Shown: positions 18,109-28,621 of the stretch, piece after piece
Layout of the letters: every line of letters starts with the position of its first letter
Numbering within the stretch: the stretch's first letter is position 1
From: an uncultured Candidatus Saccharibacteria bacterium
GTDB taxonomy: Bacteria; Patescibacteriota; Dojkabacteria; SC72; JAFGCJ01
Assembly: GCA_964481345.1 (NCBI GenBank)
Contig: CAYZTC010000008.1
Span: 1 to 50,039, forward strand
DNA length: 50,039 nucleotides
Direction of reading: 5' to 3'
Notes under the pieces: model-generated
Told to the model about the DNA's origin: nothing
Databases searched by the model: none
Seen by the model: only the letters and a program-made list of their open reading frames with translations
Program-made: the position numbers and the translations under genes

Positions 18109-19444
18109 ATGATCGAACAAATGAATAATCAAAATATTGAGATTAACCTTGAAACTATAAAAGAAAGTGTTATCCCATATAAAAATATATCTTTTGGGGA
18201 TGCTATCTCAGAGGTTTCTTCAAAAGAGGCTAATAACATTATTGAGAAAGATCCAAAATACCCAAAACATATAAATAACCCTAAAAACGCAGGATTCTTT
18301 ACTGAAGAGCTTCTTAGGTCAAAAAGAGGAACCAGGGATGACTACTTTAGCAAAATATTAAATATTTTACATACAAAAAAGGAAGGATCTCACATTTCAT
18401 ATAATAACCTTAAGTATACCAATACTGATCTATCTCATGAAGAAAAAACCCTTATTGCTAGAGCATCAGTAAAATATGAAAAATACTTACTTGATTCTAT
18501 TTCCTCAAAAGAAATGAAATCACATATATTTAAGAAACTTTTTTCATCTAGAACTAAGTTTTATCTCAACTATCTTTGGTAGAACTATTAAGGAATCAGA
18601 AAAACTCTTTGGAGATGATCAAGAAAAATGTCTTTCATATTCTAAGGCTTTTCTTTATCTTAAACTCTTTTATAACCTTTCTAATAATATAACAAAGAAC
18701 GAAAACTTGAAGCAGTATCTTTTCACATCAGTTGAAAAGGATGAACCATTAGCTATATTTATTCCAGTCTGCTTAAGGTTTTATTATGACTCAAATGGCA
18801 ATCGGCAAATTATCGAACACTTAAATGGTTTCAAATATAAGAACCACCAAAATCAAATGATTAACAAAAATTCAAATGAAATTATCCTATCCATAGAAAA
18901 AATCTCAAAAATAGCCTCTGCTCTAAGTTTTTTAGGGATATCGACAGTTATTAACTGTATAGTCATGGACAATGAGTTAAAAAGATTCAAAGGAACAGAT
19001 ATCTCCCCAAATTTCAAAAAAGTTAATAAGTATATTTGCAACCTTAAGAATAAATTTGGATGTGAATTTCTTAGTGCATTACAGACATTTGGTGATCCCA
19101 AAGAATCAAATGATTTCAAACATATCACTAAGCAAATAGTGAAAAATGGTGGAATCCCAAATACAAAAATAACGGATACCACCTTTGAACATGCTATAAA
19201 CAACAGACACTCTAAATTTTCAAAAGACACTTCTTTATCTAAATTCTATAGATCGAGAGAAGCAACCAGGATTTCAAGGACTTATGCTCTTGGAGAAGCA
19301 TATTTTCATTCAAGACGAATGTCTGAACTATACAATAACGGAAATATTTCTGGATACTTATTATATGTTCCAGAGGAAGCAGACTTTGATAGACAAATAT
19401 ATGAACTAGTAAAAGAAACTGTTACATTTAATCCGAAGTCCTAG
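18109..19444 (+). pseudogene. Hypothetical protein of about 444 aa, frameshifted
   Basis: The frame of 18707..19444 stays open back to 18518; removing one T from the T6 run at 18539-18544 joins both ORFs. Confidence 0.7.
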
Positions 19445-19491
19445 CTGAAATAACCACTAAATAATGCTAAAATTCCAATGTTAAGATTGAT

Positions 19492-19521
19492 GAAGTGCTC
19501 ACAGTGAGCCCGTCGAAGTGC
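19492..19521. repeat. Degenerate 23-bp REP-like insertion at the tRNA-Gln 5' end
   Basis: GAAGTGC repeated at 19492 and 19515; core TGAGCCCGTCGAA. Confidence 0.65.
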
Positions 19522-19592
19522 GGGATCGTCTAACGGTAGGACACCGGCCTTTGAAGCCGTGAATCTTGGTTCAAATCCAAGTCCCGCAACCA
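19519..19592 (+). tRNA. tRNA-Gln(TTG)
   Basis: TGCGGGATCGTCTAACGGTAGGACACCGGCCTTTGAAGCCGTGAATCTTGGTTCAAATCCAAGTCCCGCAACCA. Confidence 0.96.
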
Positions 19593-19697
19593 GTCTCCGC
19601 CCTGTCAGGGCTACGCCTAGGTTGGCGAGGATTCCACATATCGAAGCGACGTGGCGGTCCCTCAAGTTATTGAGGATATTTTCAAAAAAAGGTAGCT

Positions 19698-20564
19698 CTA
19701 AACAAATACCCTCACCAATTTCTCGATATCAAACCCCTTCACCTCCTCCACCAGCTCAGTCTTCTTACCAGCCCTATTCTTCAACCTGTCATAAAAAGGC
19801 TTTATAGAATCATCTTTGTAAAATATTCCAATTGCAATTTTATCTACAATATCTTCTGCAAGTTCCATTGCCTTTTTAATATCTGAAGAATTATGATTTA
19901 CGGTCTCAAGATCATATAAGTGTTTCTTGAACCATTGTGGGCTAGCAATGTCATGATAATACGTTGGACAGTACTGCAGAACTTCAACAAATGCAAAACC
20001 TTTATGCTTCAGTGCTTCTGAGAATATCTGCGTCATATGCTCAATATTTCCAGAGTATGTCCTTGCGGCAAAAGATGGCTTCATGCTTAGCACAACTTTC
20101 ATTACATTTATTTGATCCTCTGGAATTCCAAACGGAGATGAGTTCATTGGGACATCTTTTTTAGTTGATGGGGATGCTTGCCCAGTAGTAAGTCCAAAGT
20201 TTGAGTTGTTATGTAGTATAAAAGTAAAATCATAGTTCGATCTGATTGCATGAATAAGATGGTTTATCCCTTCACCCAAGGTTCCACCATCCCCCCCAAA
20301 AGCAATCACCTTTACCTTTCTATTTGCTAAGCTTGCCCCAGCAGCAAAGGGAATAACCCGTCCATGCAACCCATGAAAGCTGTATGTATTTATCTTATCC
20401 GAGGCATTTCCACAGCAACCAATATCAAAGCAGGTTAAGACATCCTTTGGCTGGTACCCCTTTTGAGAAAGTACTTTCTTTATAACCATGTGTATAGTAT
20501 GGTTTCCACACCCAGGACACCATGTATACTGATTTTTTGAGTCAAATGTATTATCCTCTGTCAT
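19698..20564 (-). CDS. 2-oxoacid:ferredoxin oxidoreductase beta subunit
   Basis: WCPGCG, IGC, LHGR, GGDG, GLTTGQASP, CPTY. Confidence 0.95.
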   Translation of the reverse strand: MTEDNTFDSKNQYTWCPGCGNHTIHMVIKKVLSQKGYQPKDVLTCFDIGCCGNASDKINTYSFHGLHGRVIPFAAGASLANRKVKVIAFGGDGGTLGEGINHLIHAIRSNYDFTFILHNNSNFGLTTGQASPSTKKDVPMNSSPFGIPEDQINVMKVVLSMKPSFAARTYSGNIEHMTQIFSEALKHKGFAFVEVLQYCPTYYHDIASPQWFKKHLYDLETVNHNSSDIKKAMELAEDIVDKIAIGIFYKDDSIKPFYDRLKNRAGKKTELVEEVKGFDIEKLVRVFV

Positions 20565-22306
20565 TATTGTTTCTTTTCTAAATAATCTAGAACATCCTCA
20601 ATAAAGAACGGTCTGCCATTATATTTAAGCAATCTTTCTTTGAATTTATACCCACACTCTTTTTTGATAAGTCCACCTAGCTGACCAGAGTAATTGTTCT
20701 CAATAAGTACCAACCGTTTTCCTGAATCTACTAAACCCATTAGTTCAGTCTTTTTCAATGGATACAGATATTCATAGTGCAGATAGCCAACCCTCTTTCC
20801 ATAATTATTTTCATTAAGAACATCTATAGAATCAACCATCGCATTTCTTGCACTTCCCCAGCCGACAAGTACTATCTCAGGATCTTCATCTCCATACAAT
20901 TTCGGTTCAGGTATCTCTTCTGAAATAGATTCCATCTTTTTCATCCGCTTTTCAATCATCCTTTGAACAGGAATAGCATCTTCTGTAAGAGTACCATCAG
21001 ATAGATGTTCGTCACTATTGGCAGTATAAACAGCATCACACTGTCCAGGAAGCCACCTTTTTGATACCCCGCTATCCGTAAGTCCAAACCTATCCTCAGA
21101 CTTTAAACCCGAAAAGTCAGTTTCCAAAGACCGCTGAATCCCAACTAAATCGCTAAACTTATCAACATTAAACAAAGACTCTGCGATCTGTTTTTCTGAT
21201 AATACTAATACTGGTAATTGATACTTTTCCGCTAAGTTAAAAGCATTTTGAATCACGGTATATGCTGATTTAGCATCACTTATGGAAAGCACTATTCTTG
21301 AAAACTCTCCATGACCAGCATACACGGCTAAATTCAAATCGGAAGCTGCAGTCCAAGTTGGAACACCTGTTGCAGGGCCAGGCCTTTGAGCAATGATACA
21401 CACAAATGGTGTCTCAGTCATAGCCGCCAGTGACAACGATTCTGTCATAAGGTCAAAACCACCACCAGATGTTGCAACAAGGGACCTTGTGCCCATAAAC
21501 ATGCTGCCTATTGCCATTTGTGCCGCAGATATCTCATCCTCAGCTTGTTTTACTAATATCCCAGTTTCCTTCTGAGTATCTGCTATATACGTTAAAATAG
21601 AAGAAGCGGGCGTCATCGGATAAGCATAATAAGCTCTCACTCCTGCAGAAATTGCACCCAACGCAGTAGCAATATTCCCAGTAACAATCATCGATTTGCT
21701 TATCTCTTTGTTCTTAGGAATACCAATGTTGAAAACAATCTCTTTGACAAGCTTACTATTATATCCTGCACTAAGACACTCCAAATCTTTAGATAATAAA
21801 TCTGGTTTATCCTTAAATCGTTCTTTTATTTCATCCTCAAGATCTGAAATCTCAAACCCTAAGACCCTCCATACTAATCCCACGAGCACCACATTTGACA
21901 TGATTTTCATCCCTCCAAGATCTGTCGCTATTTTTTCGCCATCTACATTGACTAGTCTAATTCCATTTTCCATGATATATGATTCCTGATCCGCCTCAAG
22001 AGAAAAATCTTTAATAGAATGGATAATAACACCACCCTTTCTTACATCCATCAAGTATTTATTAAAAGAGAGCTTACTTTGACATATAAAAATATCACAA
22101 AATTTTGAGGAAGAACTGATATTTTCGTCTGAGAAATCAATTTGATATGAAGCATACCCTCCTTTGATTAACGATGGATACTCTCGATATCCAAATATGT
22201 AATATCCAATGTTTTTAACAGCTTTCCCAAGTATTTCCCCAACAGAATTAATTCCCTGCCCAGAAGCACCACCGACTTTAATTGAGAATCTATTTTCATC
22301 TCTCAT
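20564..22306 (-). CDS. 2-oxoacid:ferredoxin oxidoreductase alpha subunit (gamma-alpha fusion)
   Basis: GGASGQG, YPMTPAS, QAEDEI, TSGGGF, QRPGPATG.PT, ENNYSGQL. Confidence 0.95.
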   Translation of the reverse strand: MRDENRFSIKVGGASGQGINSVGEILGKAVKNIGYYIFGYREYPSLIKGGYASYQIDFSDENISSSSKFCDIFICQSKLSFNKYLMDVRKGGVIIHSIKDFSLEADQESYIMENGIRLVNVDGEKIATDLGGMKIMSNVVLVGLVWRVLGFEISDLEDEIKERFKDKPDLLSKDLECLSAGYNSKLVKEIVFNIGIPKNKEISKSMIVTGNIATALGAISAGVRAYYAYPMTPASSILTYIADTQKETGILVKQAEDEISAAQMAIGSMFMGTRSLVATSGGGFDLMTESLSLAAMTETPFVCIIAQRPGPATGVPTWTAASDLNLAVYAGHGEFSRIVLSISDAKSAYTVIQNAFNLAEKYQLPVLVLSEKQIAESLFNVDKFSDLVGIQRSLETDFSGLKSEDRFGLTDSGVSKRWLPGQCDAVYTANSDEHLSDGTLTEDAIPVQRMIEKRMKKMESISEEIPEPKLYGDEDPEIVLVGWGSARNAMVDSIDVLNENNYGKRVGYLHYEYLYPLKKTELMGLVDSGKRLVLIENNYSGQLGGLIKKECGYKFKERLLKYNGRPFFIEDVLDYLEKKQ

Positions 22307-22512
22307 ACAAAAATAAATATACACTAATTTTTAAATCTTTAAAAACGCAAAACATACTGATATCAAGACCGAGACATACTGTTTTCATTGTTATAACGAT
22401 ATAAACCATAACAAATGAATGTTGGAATAGCAACCTATAGCGCTTTGACCAAATCAAGCGAAAAACTTAATACTTTTTTAATAATCCTGAATATTAATGA
22501 TATAATTCTGAC

Positions 22513-23091
22513 ATGCTCAATAAATTAAAAAAAATACCGATAGGAAGAAAGCTTGCTATTATTGCAAGCTATTTGTTCACACTTAAATTCAGAATTTTCT
22601 CAGCCAAAAGAATAATATTTGGGAAGAATTTTATTTGTAAGTGGGATATAAAAATTAAAGGGCCTGGTAAAGTAATGTTCAGAGACAATGTCAACGCATG
22701 GACAAACTCCGAACCAAACAGCTTCGAAACATATTCAAAAAACGCAATAATAAAAATCGGAGTCAACACACGACTAAATGGAGCTCAGTTCCAATCACGA
22801 GAAAGCATCGAGGTGGGAGATGACTGTGTTATTGGATCTTCGATACTTATAGACACAGAGTTTCATCCAGTAATAGGAAAAAGAAGCCAAATAGCTTCTG
22901 ATAAAGTTCCCACAAAATCAATAGAAATAGGAAATAATGTTTGGATTGGTGGAAAATCAGCAATTCTTAAGGGAGTCAAAGTCGGAAGAAATTCCATTAT
23001 TGGTTTCGGGTCGATCGTAAGAAAGGATATACCCCAAAACTCTGTTGTAATAGGTAATCCCGCAGAAATTGTCAAAACTCTGGATAACTAA
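22513..23091 (+). CDS. Hexapeptide-repeat acyltransferase
   Basis: IGNNVWIG, ILKGVKVG, GNPA. Confidence 0.9.
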   Translation: MLNKLKKIPIGRKLAIIASYLFTLKFRIFSAKRIIFGKNFICKWDIKIKGPGKVMFRDNVNAWTNSEPNSFETYSKNAIIKIGVNTRLNGAQFQSRESIEVGDDCVIGSSILIDTEFHPVIGKRSQIASDKVPTKSIEIGNNVWIGGKSAILKGVKVGRNSIIGFGSIVRKDIPQNSVVIGNPAEIVKTLDN

Positions 23092-23224
23092 AGCAGTCCC
23101 CCATTTCCAGTATCTTCAAATCAAAAGTATGATACTGACCTAACATTAATGTTTTTTCAAGAGAATAGTTTTTTACGGAGAATTCATATTTCACAACGTG
23201 GATAATACCAGATTCACCAATCAG

Positions 23225-24247
23225 TTAGTTAAGTCCTATCCAAATTCCAAGAATAGTAACAACAAGGGCTGTTAACCAGAACCTCATGACCACCTTATAC
23301 TCCGGCCATCCAATAGCTTCGAAGAGATGATGCAATGGAGCAATCTTAAAAGTTTTTTTCTTCAAAAACTTTAAGGAAAATATCTGAATCACACTTGTCG
23401 CAAAATCAATCCACTGTACCATTGTAATTATAAAAAACGGGATTATTGTTCTTGTTACAACCGCAATATAAAAAAGCCCAAAAGCAATTGACATCGCCCC
23501 AGGCGCTCCCATCCAGACTCTTGCTGGAGGAATATTAAAGTATAAAAATACAATCAACCCTCCTACAAGAATAAACAAGACTGGAAAGAACTCATATTTA
23601 CCCAGTAGGAGTAGCAACACCGCAAACCCTAATGAATTAATTATTAAAGTTCCCGAAGACAGCCCGTCTGCACCGTCATATACATCAAATGCATATATCA
23701 CTACTGGAAAAACAAACCCGATTAATAGGTATTTCCAAAAACCTGAGAAAACAATACCAAGCACTTTTATATCATATATCCCTGTCTTTCCAATTCTCAC
23801 AAAAAAGAAATACGAAAAAGCCAGTGAAATAGAAAACATAATAGAAAGTTTTATCACTCTAAATATAAACTTGTTCTGCAACTCCCTTAATTTATTACTC
23901 TTCTTGGTATACATTGTATAAAGATCATCAATAATTCCCATCAATCCAAATATCCAAAATCCTATTACAAACCCCTTTAAGGTAATAGTATGTGGAAGAA
24001 CAATCCAGCATATTACTGGAACAGTAATCCAAATTAGTATTCCTCCCATTGTTGGAGTACCACTTTTCCATCCATGTATTTTCACAAACTCCTTATTTCG
24101 CTTATCTCTATTTACAATATGCCTTACAGTAAAATGCAGCTTGTACAATAGAGCTATCAAAAGTGGAGCTAATGCTGAACTAACAAGAAAAGTAATGAAT
24201 AAATAATAAATCGAATCTGAAATTAAGGAGTTTGATATTTCCATCAT
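23225..24247 (-). CDS. mraY: Phospho-MurNAc-pentapeptide transferase
   Basis: KSGTPTMGG, DD, DGADGL, FNIPPA..WMG, APLHH.FE..GWPE.KVV.RFW. Confidence 0.93.
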   Translation of the reverse strand: MMEISNSLISDSIYYLFITFLVSSALAPLLIALLYKLHFTVRHIVNRDKRNKEFVKIHGWKSGTPTMGGILIWITVPVICWIVLPHTITLKGFVIGFWIFGLMGIIDDLYTMYTKKSNKLRELQNKFIFRVIKLSIMFSISLAFSYFFFVRIGKTGIYDIKVLGIVFSGFWKYLLIGFVFPVVIYAFDVYDGADGLSSGTLIINSLGFAVLLLLLGKYEFFPVLFILVGGLIVFLYFNIPPARVWMGAPGAMSIAFGLFYIAVVTRTIIPFFIITMVQWIDFATSVIQIFSLKFLKKKTFKIAPLHHLFEAIGWPEYKVVMRFWLTALVVTILGIWIGLN

Positions 24248-24261
24248 ATTTTTAATAACAT

Positions 24262-24804
24262 TTAATTCTTTAGCAACTTCTCCATCTTTTTTCTAATTCT
24301 ATGCAGTTTTGTTGCTACATTTTGCTCACTCATACCCATTTTCTCCGCAATTACCTTATTTCCAAGCTCATCAAAGTATTTATAGTATAGCAAATATTGA
24401 TCTTTTTTATTTAAACGTGAAATAACATCATATAATTCAAGTTCCTTTTCATCTCTCAAAACATTCTCGTCAGGGTCATAAACACTCTCTATCATTTCCT
24501 CGTCCAAAGACTCTCTCTGATTTGCTTTATTTGTTCTAAAGTAGTCATACACTGTGTTTCTTGCAATCTTGTACAGCCAACTCCCAAAGCTCACTCCTTG
24601 CCACTGAAAGGAATCCAGACTTTTTAATGCCTTTTCAAATACTTTCGAGGTCAAATCAGCAGCCAGTGAAACGTTGTTAATTTTCTTCAAGATGAAACTA
24701 TTTATCTTTCCATTGTATTTTTCATAAAGCGCCGCAAACTCCTTCTTATTCCTTTTAGCCTTTTTTACCAGGAGCTTTTCCTGCATTAATTCATCATTAT
24801 TCAT
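24262..24804 (-). CDS. ECF-type sigma-70 factor
   Basis: FAALYEKY, AADLT..VF.KA, WLYKIARN...D, region 4 IAEKMGMSE..V...LHR. Confidence 0.92.
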   Translation of the reverse strand: MNNDELMQEKLLVKKAKRNKKEFAALYEKYNGKINSFILKKINNVSLAADLTSKVFEKALKSLDSFQWQGVSFGSWLYKIARNTVYDYFRTNKANQRESLDEEMIESVYDPDENVLRDEKELELYDVISRLNKKDQYLLYYKYFDELGNKVIAEKMGMSEQNVATKLHRIRKKMEKLLKN

Positions 24805-25555
24805 GGATAAACCTCTCAATAGAAATTTCAACTCTCCTTAATCTCTCAGCAACATCCTCAAGAGGTTTTCCTAAAGCAAGAAGTGCACCAACTGAAGAAA
24901 GAATCGGGCCTTTCATAAAGATTCCTATCTGAGCAGCAACAAATTTTTGCTTTTTATTCTTATACGTAAGTAAGAACTCTGTACAGTGTTTATTTTGCTT
25001 AAAACCCTCTACCTTAATGTCACAGTTACTTCCGCTACCAATTATTACTGCTTTGTTCTTTTTATATTTATTCTTCTCACTATCGGAACATACAATAACA
25101 GCCTTTTTAGTTATTTGAATAATCTTCTTTTCAATTGGAAATAGCTTCCCATTATAGTTAGAGACTATGGAAATATCAGGAGAAACAATATCAGTCCAAT
25201 ATTTAACAATTTCATTTTTCAAAGAATTCATCTGAAGAACAACCCAACCTGGATTTGACTTCCCAAATATAAGAACTTTTAAAGATTCCACCATCACATC
25301 AATCCAACCAAGGAACGTATATCTTTTATCATCGATTCCCAAAATCACCAGTGGTATAGAAAAGTCCCAAAAAGGAACTTCCAACTGCTTTCTAACAACA
25401 TGATCTTTTGAAAGCATCTCTCCAAACATTTCTGCGGTAAGTTTTGTTCCTGATGTTCCTACTACAACAGCAATCCTCAACTTATGTTTAGAGATAGCCC
25501 ACTTCGATAAGGTCTTTAATATATAAGCAAGAAATTTTCGTGGTTTCATACCCAA
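24797..25555 (-). CDS. Truncated, degenerate Mur-ligase-like protein
   Basis: MurF-like N-terminus and central domain (IAVVVGTSGTKLT, VVLQM, PDISIVSN); no C-terminal domain. Confidence 0.65.
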   Translation of the reverse strand: MGMKPRKFLAYILKTLSKWAISKHKLRIAVVVGTSGTKLTAEMFGEMLSKDHVVRKQLEVPFWDFSIPLVILGIDDKRYTFLGWIDVMVESLKVLIFGKSNPGWVVLQMNSLKNEIVKYWTDIVSPDISIVSNYNGKLFPIEKKIIQITKKAVIVCSDSEKNKYKKNKAVIIGSGSNCDIKVEGFKQNKHCTEFLLTYKNKKQKFVAAQIGIFMKGPILSSVGALLALGKPLEDVAERLRRVEISIERFIHE

Positions 25556-25566
25556 TTTTACTTCTC

Positions 25567-27345
25567 TTAGTCCTCCGGCGCAATCCCAAGCTCTAAAGAA
25601 ACAGCCTTAAACATATCCACCCAAACAGGAACAACTGTATAAGCAGAAAGACTATGTGATTGTGGCTCTTCAAGTCGCACTATCATAATCATCTTTGGAT
25701 CTTTTCCCGGGACAAAGCCAACAAATGTCACATTCGTTCTATCCACATAATAGCCAGGTCCCCCTGTTTTTGATATCTCTCCTGTTCCAGTTTTACCTGC
25801 AATATCATAAGTAGAAAGTTCTTTAAACCACCACTTTGCCTCACCCTCCGTAACTACTGATCTCATCATATCCTGCATTTGCTCAGCTGTTTTTTTTGAA
25901 ATAGGTTTACTGGCAATCTCAGGCATAATTTCAATGCTTTCTTCATCATCAAAAAGTTTTTGAACAATATACGGCCTCATTCTTACACCATCATTTGCAA
26001 TTGCAGAGGTAGCGGAAAGAATCTGAAGAGGAGTGGCTGAAATAGCCTGCCCAAATGAGGCAGTAGCAACATCCAGTTTAGTCCACATCTCAATAGGCTT
26101 AAGGTAGCTTGTTGCTTCATCTTCCAATCCAATTCCAATAAAATCACCTATACCAAACTCCCTTAAATAATTGTAGTATTTCTCTATCCCAACTTTCATA
26201 CCTACTTTTGCTGCACAAACATTATTTGAATGTTTCAAGATATCCTCAGGTAGCAAATCACCATCAGGCCTTTTATCCCATGTGAATATCTTCCAGTCAT
26301 ACACCTGAATATACCCTTCACTATCAGTACAAACTGTTTTAGGAGTAATCTCTCCTTCCTCAAGTGCCATAGATAAAGTAATCGGTTTGTTTGCCGATCC
26401 ATATTCATAGACATCCGAAATTGCCTTGTTCTTAAAAGTTTCGTTATCTGTAACCTTCCAGTAATAGTTCGGATCATAATTAGGGAAAGTTGCCATTGCA
26501 ATAATTTCTCCTGTACTAGGATCCATAATAATTGCAGATCCACTCTTTGCTTCATGTTCCTTTACACCCTCCTCAAGTACTTGTTCAACTTCCTTCTGAA
26601 CCCCCGGTTGTATTGTAAGAACAATATTTTTGCCCTGACGTGGAATCACTGGATCATACTCACCAGAAAGAATAACATTTCCAAGAGAATCTTTTTCCTC
26701 GTATCTAAAGCCTTCTTGACCAAGCAAATCTCCAGAGTAATACCCCTCCAAACCATACCTCCCAATATCATTTCCGTCCTCATCTTTACCCACAAAACCC
26801 AAAACATGAGAAGCAAGACTTCCATCAGGATATATCCTATTTTCCTCCTCCTCAAAATACAACCCAAATACCTCAGACTCTTCAAGTACTTTCTTATCCT
26901 CAGGGCTAACCTCATGTTTTAACAAGACATACCTAAAATCATCAGTAAGTTTCTTCTCGATATCCTCAACTTCCAAATTTAGTACATCACACACAACCTG
27001 AATAAATTCATCCTTTTGTTCATTAAAAAGCTCTCTATCTATTTCATCGGAACTTAATGATGCATATACACCCCACACAGGCTCATCTACGGCTAATACA
27101 GAGCCATCAGCTGCATAGATTGTACCCCTAGAAGTTGGAAGCCGTTCATCCTTAATGTGAAGAACCTCAGCCATCTCCACAAACCTATCATAACCTGCAA
27201 CTTGCCATCTATACATCTGTACAATTAGTCCAATGATGAATAACCCTATTATAATAAGGGTTATTAAAAAATATCTTACAGAGAAATTTTCTATAAGCCT
27301 TGAAAAAATGTGATTTCCATTGTGGTTATTGTGATTCTTGCCCAT
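25567..27345 (-). CDS. ftsI: Class B penicillin-binding protein (FtsI-like)
   Basis: RGTIY..DG, R.YP.G, GLE, SANK, SNN, KTGT; dcw position. Confidence 0.9.
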   Translation of the reverse strand: MGKNHNNHNGNHIFSRLIENFSVRYFLITLIIIGLFIIGLIVQMYRWQVAGYDRFVEMAEVLHIKDERLPTSRGTIYAADGSVLAVDEPVWGVYASLSSDEIDRELFNEQKDEFIQVVCDVLNLEVEDIEKKLTDDFRYVLLKHEVSPEDKKVLEESEVFGLYFEEEENRIYPDGSLASHVLGFVGKDEDGNDIGRYGLEGYYSGDLLGQEGFRYEEKDSLGNVILSGEYDPVIPRQGKNIVLTIQPGVQKEVEQVLEEGVKEHEAKSGSAIIMDPSTGEIIAMATFPNYDPNYYWKVTDNETFKNKAISDVYEYGSANKPITLSMALEEGEITPKTVCTDSEGYIQVYDWKIFTWDKRPDGDLLPEDILKHSNNVCAAKVGMKVGIEKYYNYLREFGIGDFIGIGLEDEATSYLKPIEMWTKLDVATASFGQAISATPLQILSATSAIANDGVRMRPYIVQKLFDDEESIEIMPEIASKPISKKTAEQMQDMMRSVVTEGEAKWWFKELSTYDIAGKTGTGEISKTGGPGYYVDRTNVTFVGFVPGKDPKMIMIVRLEEPQSHSLSAYTVVPVWVDMFKAVSLELGIAPED

Positions 27346-27353
27346 ATGTAAAC

Positions 27354-27722
27354 TTACTCTTCTGCTAGATCAACGTTAGCACTTGCAGAAGGTATACTTA
27401 TATAGATTACACCATCTGCCTTCTTCATTCCAAGTTCCTTTTCGGCCCTACCAACCACAACGGATAGAGAACTTAGTTTTGCAATTTCCTGATGAAGTCC
27501 CCTATTCTCCTCAATCAACTGCTCTTTTTGATACTCAAGTACCCTCAATTCTTTTCCTCTAGGATCAAGTACTGAAGAAACTACTAGGTGAACAGTACAA
27601 AATGAAAGGATTGAAAATACAAGCAAATAGAAGGAAAACCTACTTAAAGATATACCTTTAGAGGCAGACTTTTCATTACTCAAACTATTCTTCATTTTTC
27701 TTCTTATTGCTTCAATTTTCAC
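27354..27722 (-). CDS. ftsL: FtsL-like cell division protein
   Basis: Single TM, coiled coil, A..ELGM; between rsmH and ftsI. Start uncertain. Confidence 0.7.
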   Translation of the reverse strand: MKIEAIRRKMKNSLSNEKSASKGISLSRFSFYLLVFSILSFCTVHLVVSSVLDPRGKELRVLEYQKEQLIEENRGLHQEIAKLSSLSVVVGRAEKELGMKKADGVIYISIPSASANVDLAEE

Positions 27723-27730
27723 GGGCAGTT

Positions 27731-28621
27731 TTATTTAACTTTCTTTATAGCCCTAAGTTTTGCACTTCGAGCTCTAATATTTTCCCGTATCTCAGCTTTG
27801 CTTGGAGTCACAGGCTTTTTTGTTAATAATTCAAAATTATCTGTTTCTTTTACTTTTTGAAAAACTTGTTTTACAACCCTATCCTCCAAAGAATGGTAAG
27901 AAACTACAACCACCCTTCCCCCAACATGAAGCATCGATAGGGCCGAAGGTAATCCTGCACGCAAAGCATTTATTTCATCATTCACTGCAATCCTCAGTGA
28001 TTGAAACACTCTACGTGCAGGATGCTTCGACCCATCTCGATACCCTGCCGGTACGACTCTGCGGATAAGGTCTACCAAATTATCTGTAGTCATTTTTTTA
28101 TCGGTATTCTCATTTACCCAAGTTTTTACAGCCTTCGAAATTCGTTTCGCATACCTTTCCTCACCGTAAACACTAAAAAGCTTCTCTAATTCAGACGGAG
28201 AAAGTGCCTTAATAACATCATCTGCAGTTATTGCTAACTCTTCATCCATTCTCATGTCCAATACTTGACTTTCCCTGAAAGAAAAGCCTCTGTTTCCCTT
28301 CTCAATCTGCCTTGATGAAAGCCCCAAATCAAATACTGCTCCATCTATACCGATATTTTTTAGAACCTTCTGGATATTTGAAAAATTTTCTTTAACAATT
28401 TCCCATTTCTCACCTAACTTCTCTTTATACTTTGATTTAACAAACTCTATCGATTGGCCATCCACCTCTAAGCTGTAAAGTTTTCCACCTCTAAGTTTTT
28501 TCAATATTTCTAAACTGTATCCACCATCCCCCAAAGTACAATCAACATATACGCCGCTAGGCTTTATATCCAAATATTCTGTTACTTCTTTTAAAAGAAC
28601 TGGTTTATGTATACTTTCCAT
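27731..28621 (-). CDS. rsmH: 16S rRNA m4C1402 methyltransferase
   Basis: HKPVLL, DCTLGDGG, DLGLSS.Q, RGFSF, LDMRM, HSLEDR, RARSAKLR. Confidence 0.97.
   Translation of the reverse strand: MESIHKPVLLKEVTEYLDIKPSGVYVDCTLGDGGYSLEILKKLRGGKLYSLEVDGQSIEFVKSKYKEKLGEKWEIVKENFSNIQKVLKNIGIDGAVFDLGLSSRQIEKGNRGFSFRESQVLDMRMDEELAITADDVIKALSPSELEKLFSVYGEERYAKRISKAVKTWVNENTDKKMTTDNLVDLIRRVVPAGYRDGSKHPARRVFQSLRIAVNDEINALRAGLPSALSMLHVGGRVVVVSYHSLEDRVVKQVFQKVKETDNFELLTKKPVTPSKAEIRENIRARSAKLRAIKKVK

Noticed and set aside
19441-19807. ORFs 19441..19665 and 19559..19807
   Set aside because: They overlap tRNA-Gln and palindromic repeats; no protein features.
23092-23224. Possible membrane-protein remnant after mraY
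   Set aside because: Short, interrupted by stops, no recognisable family.
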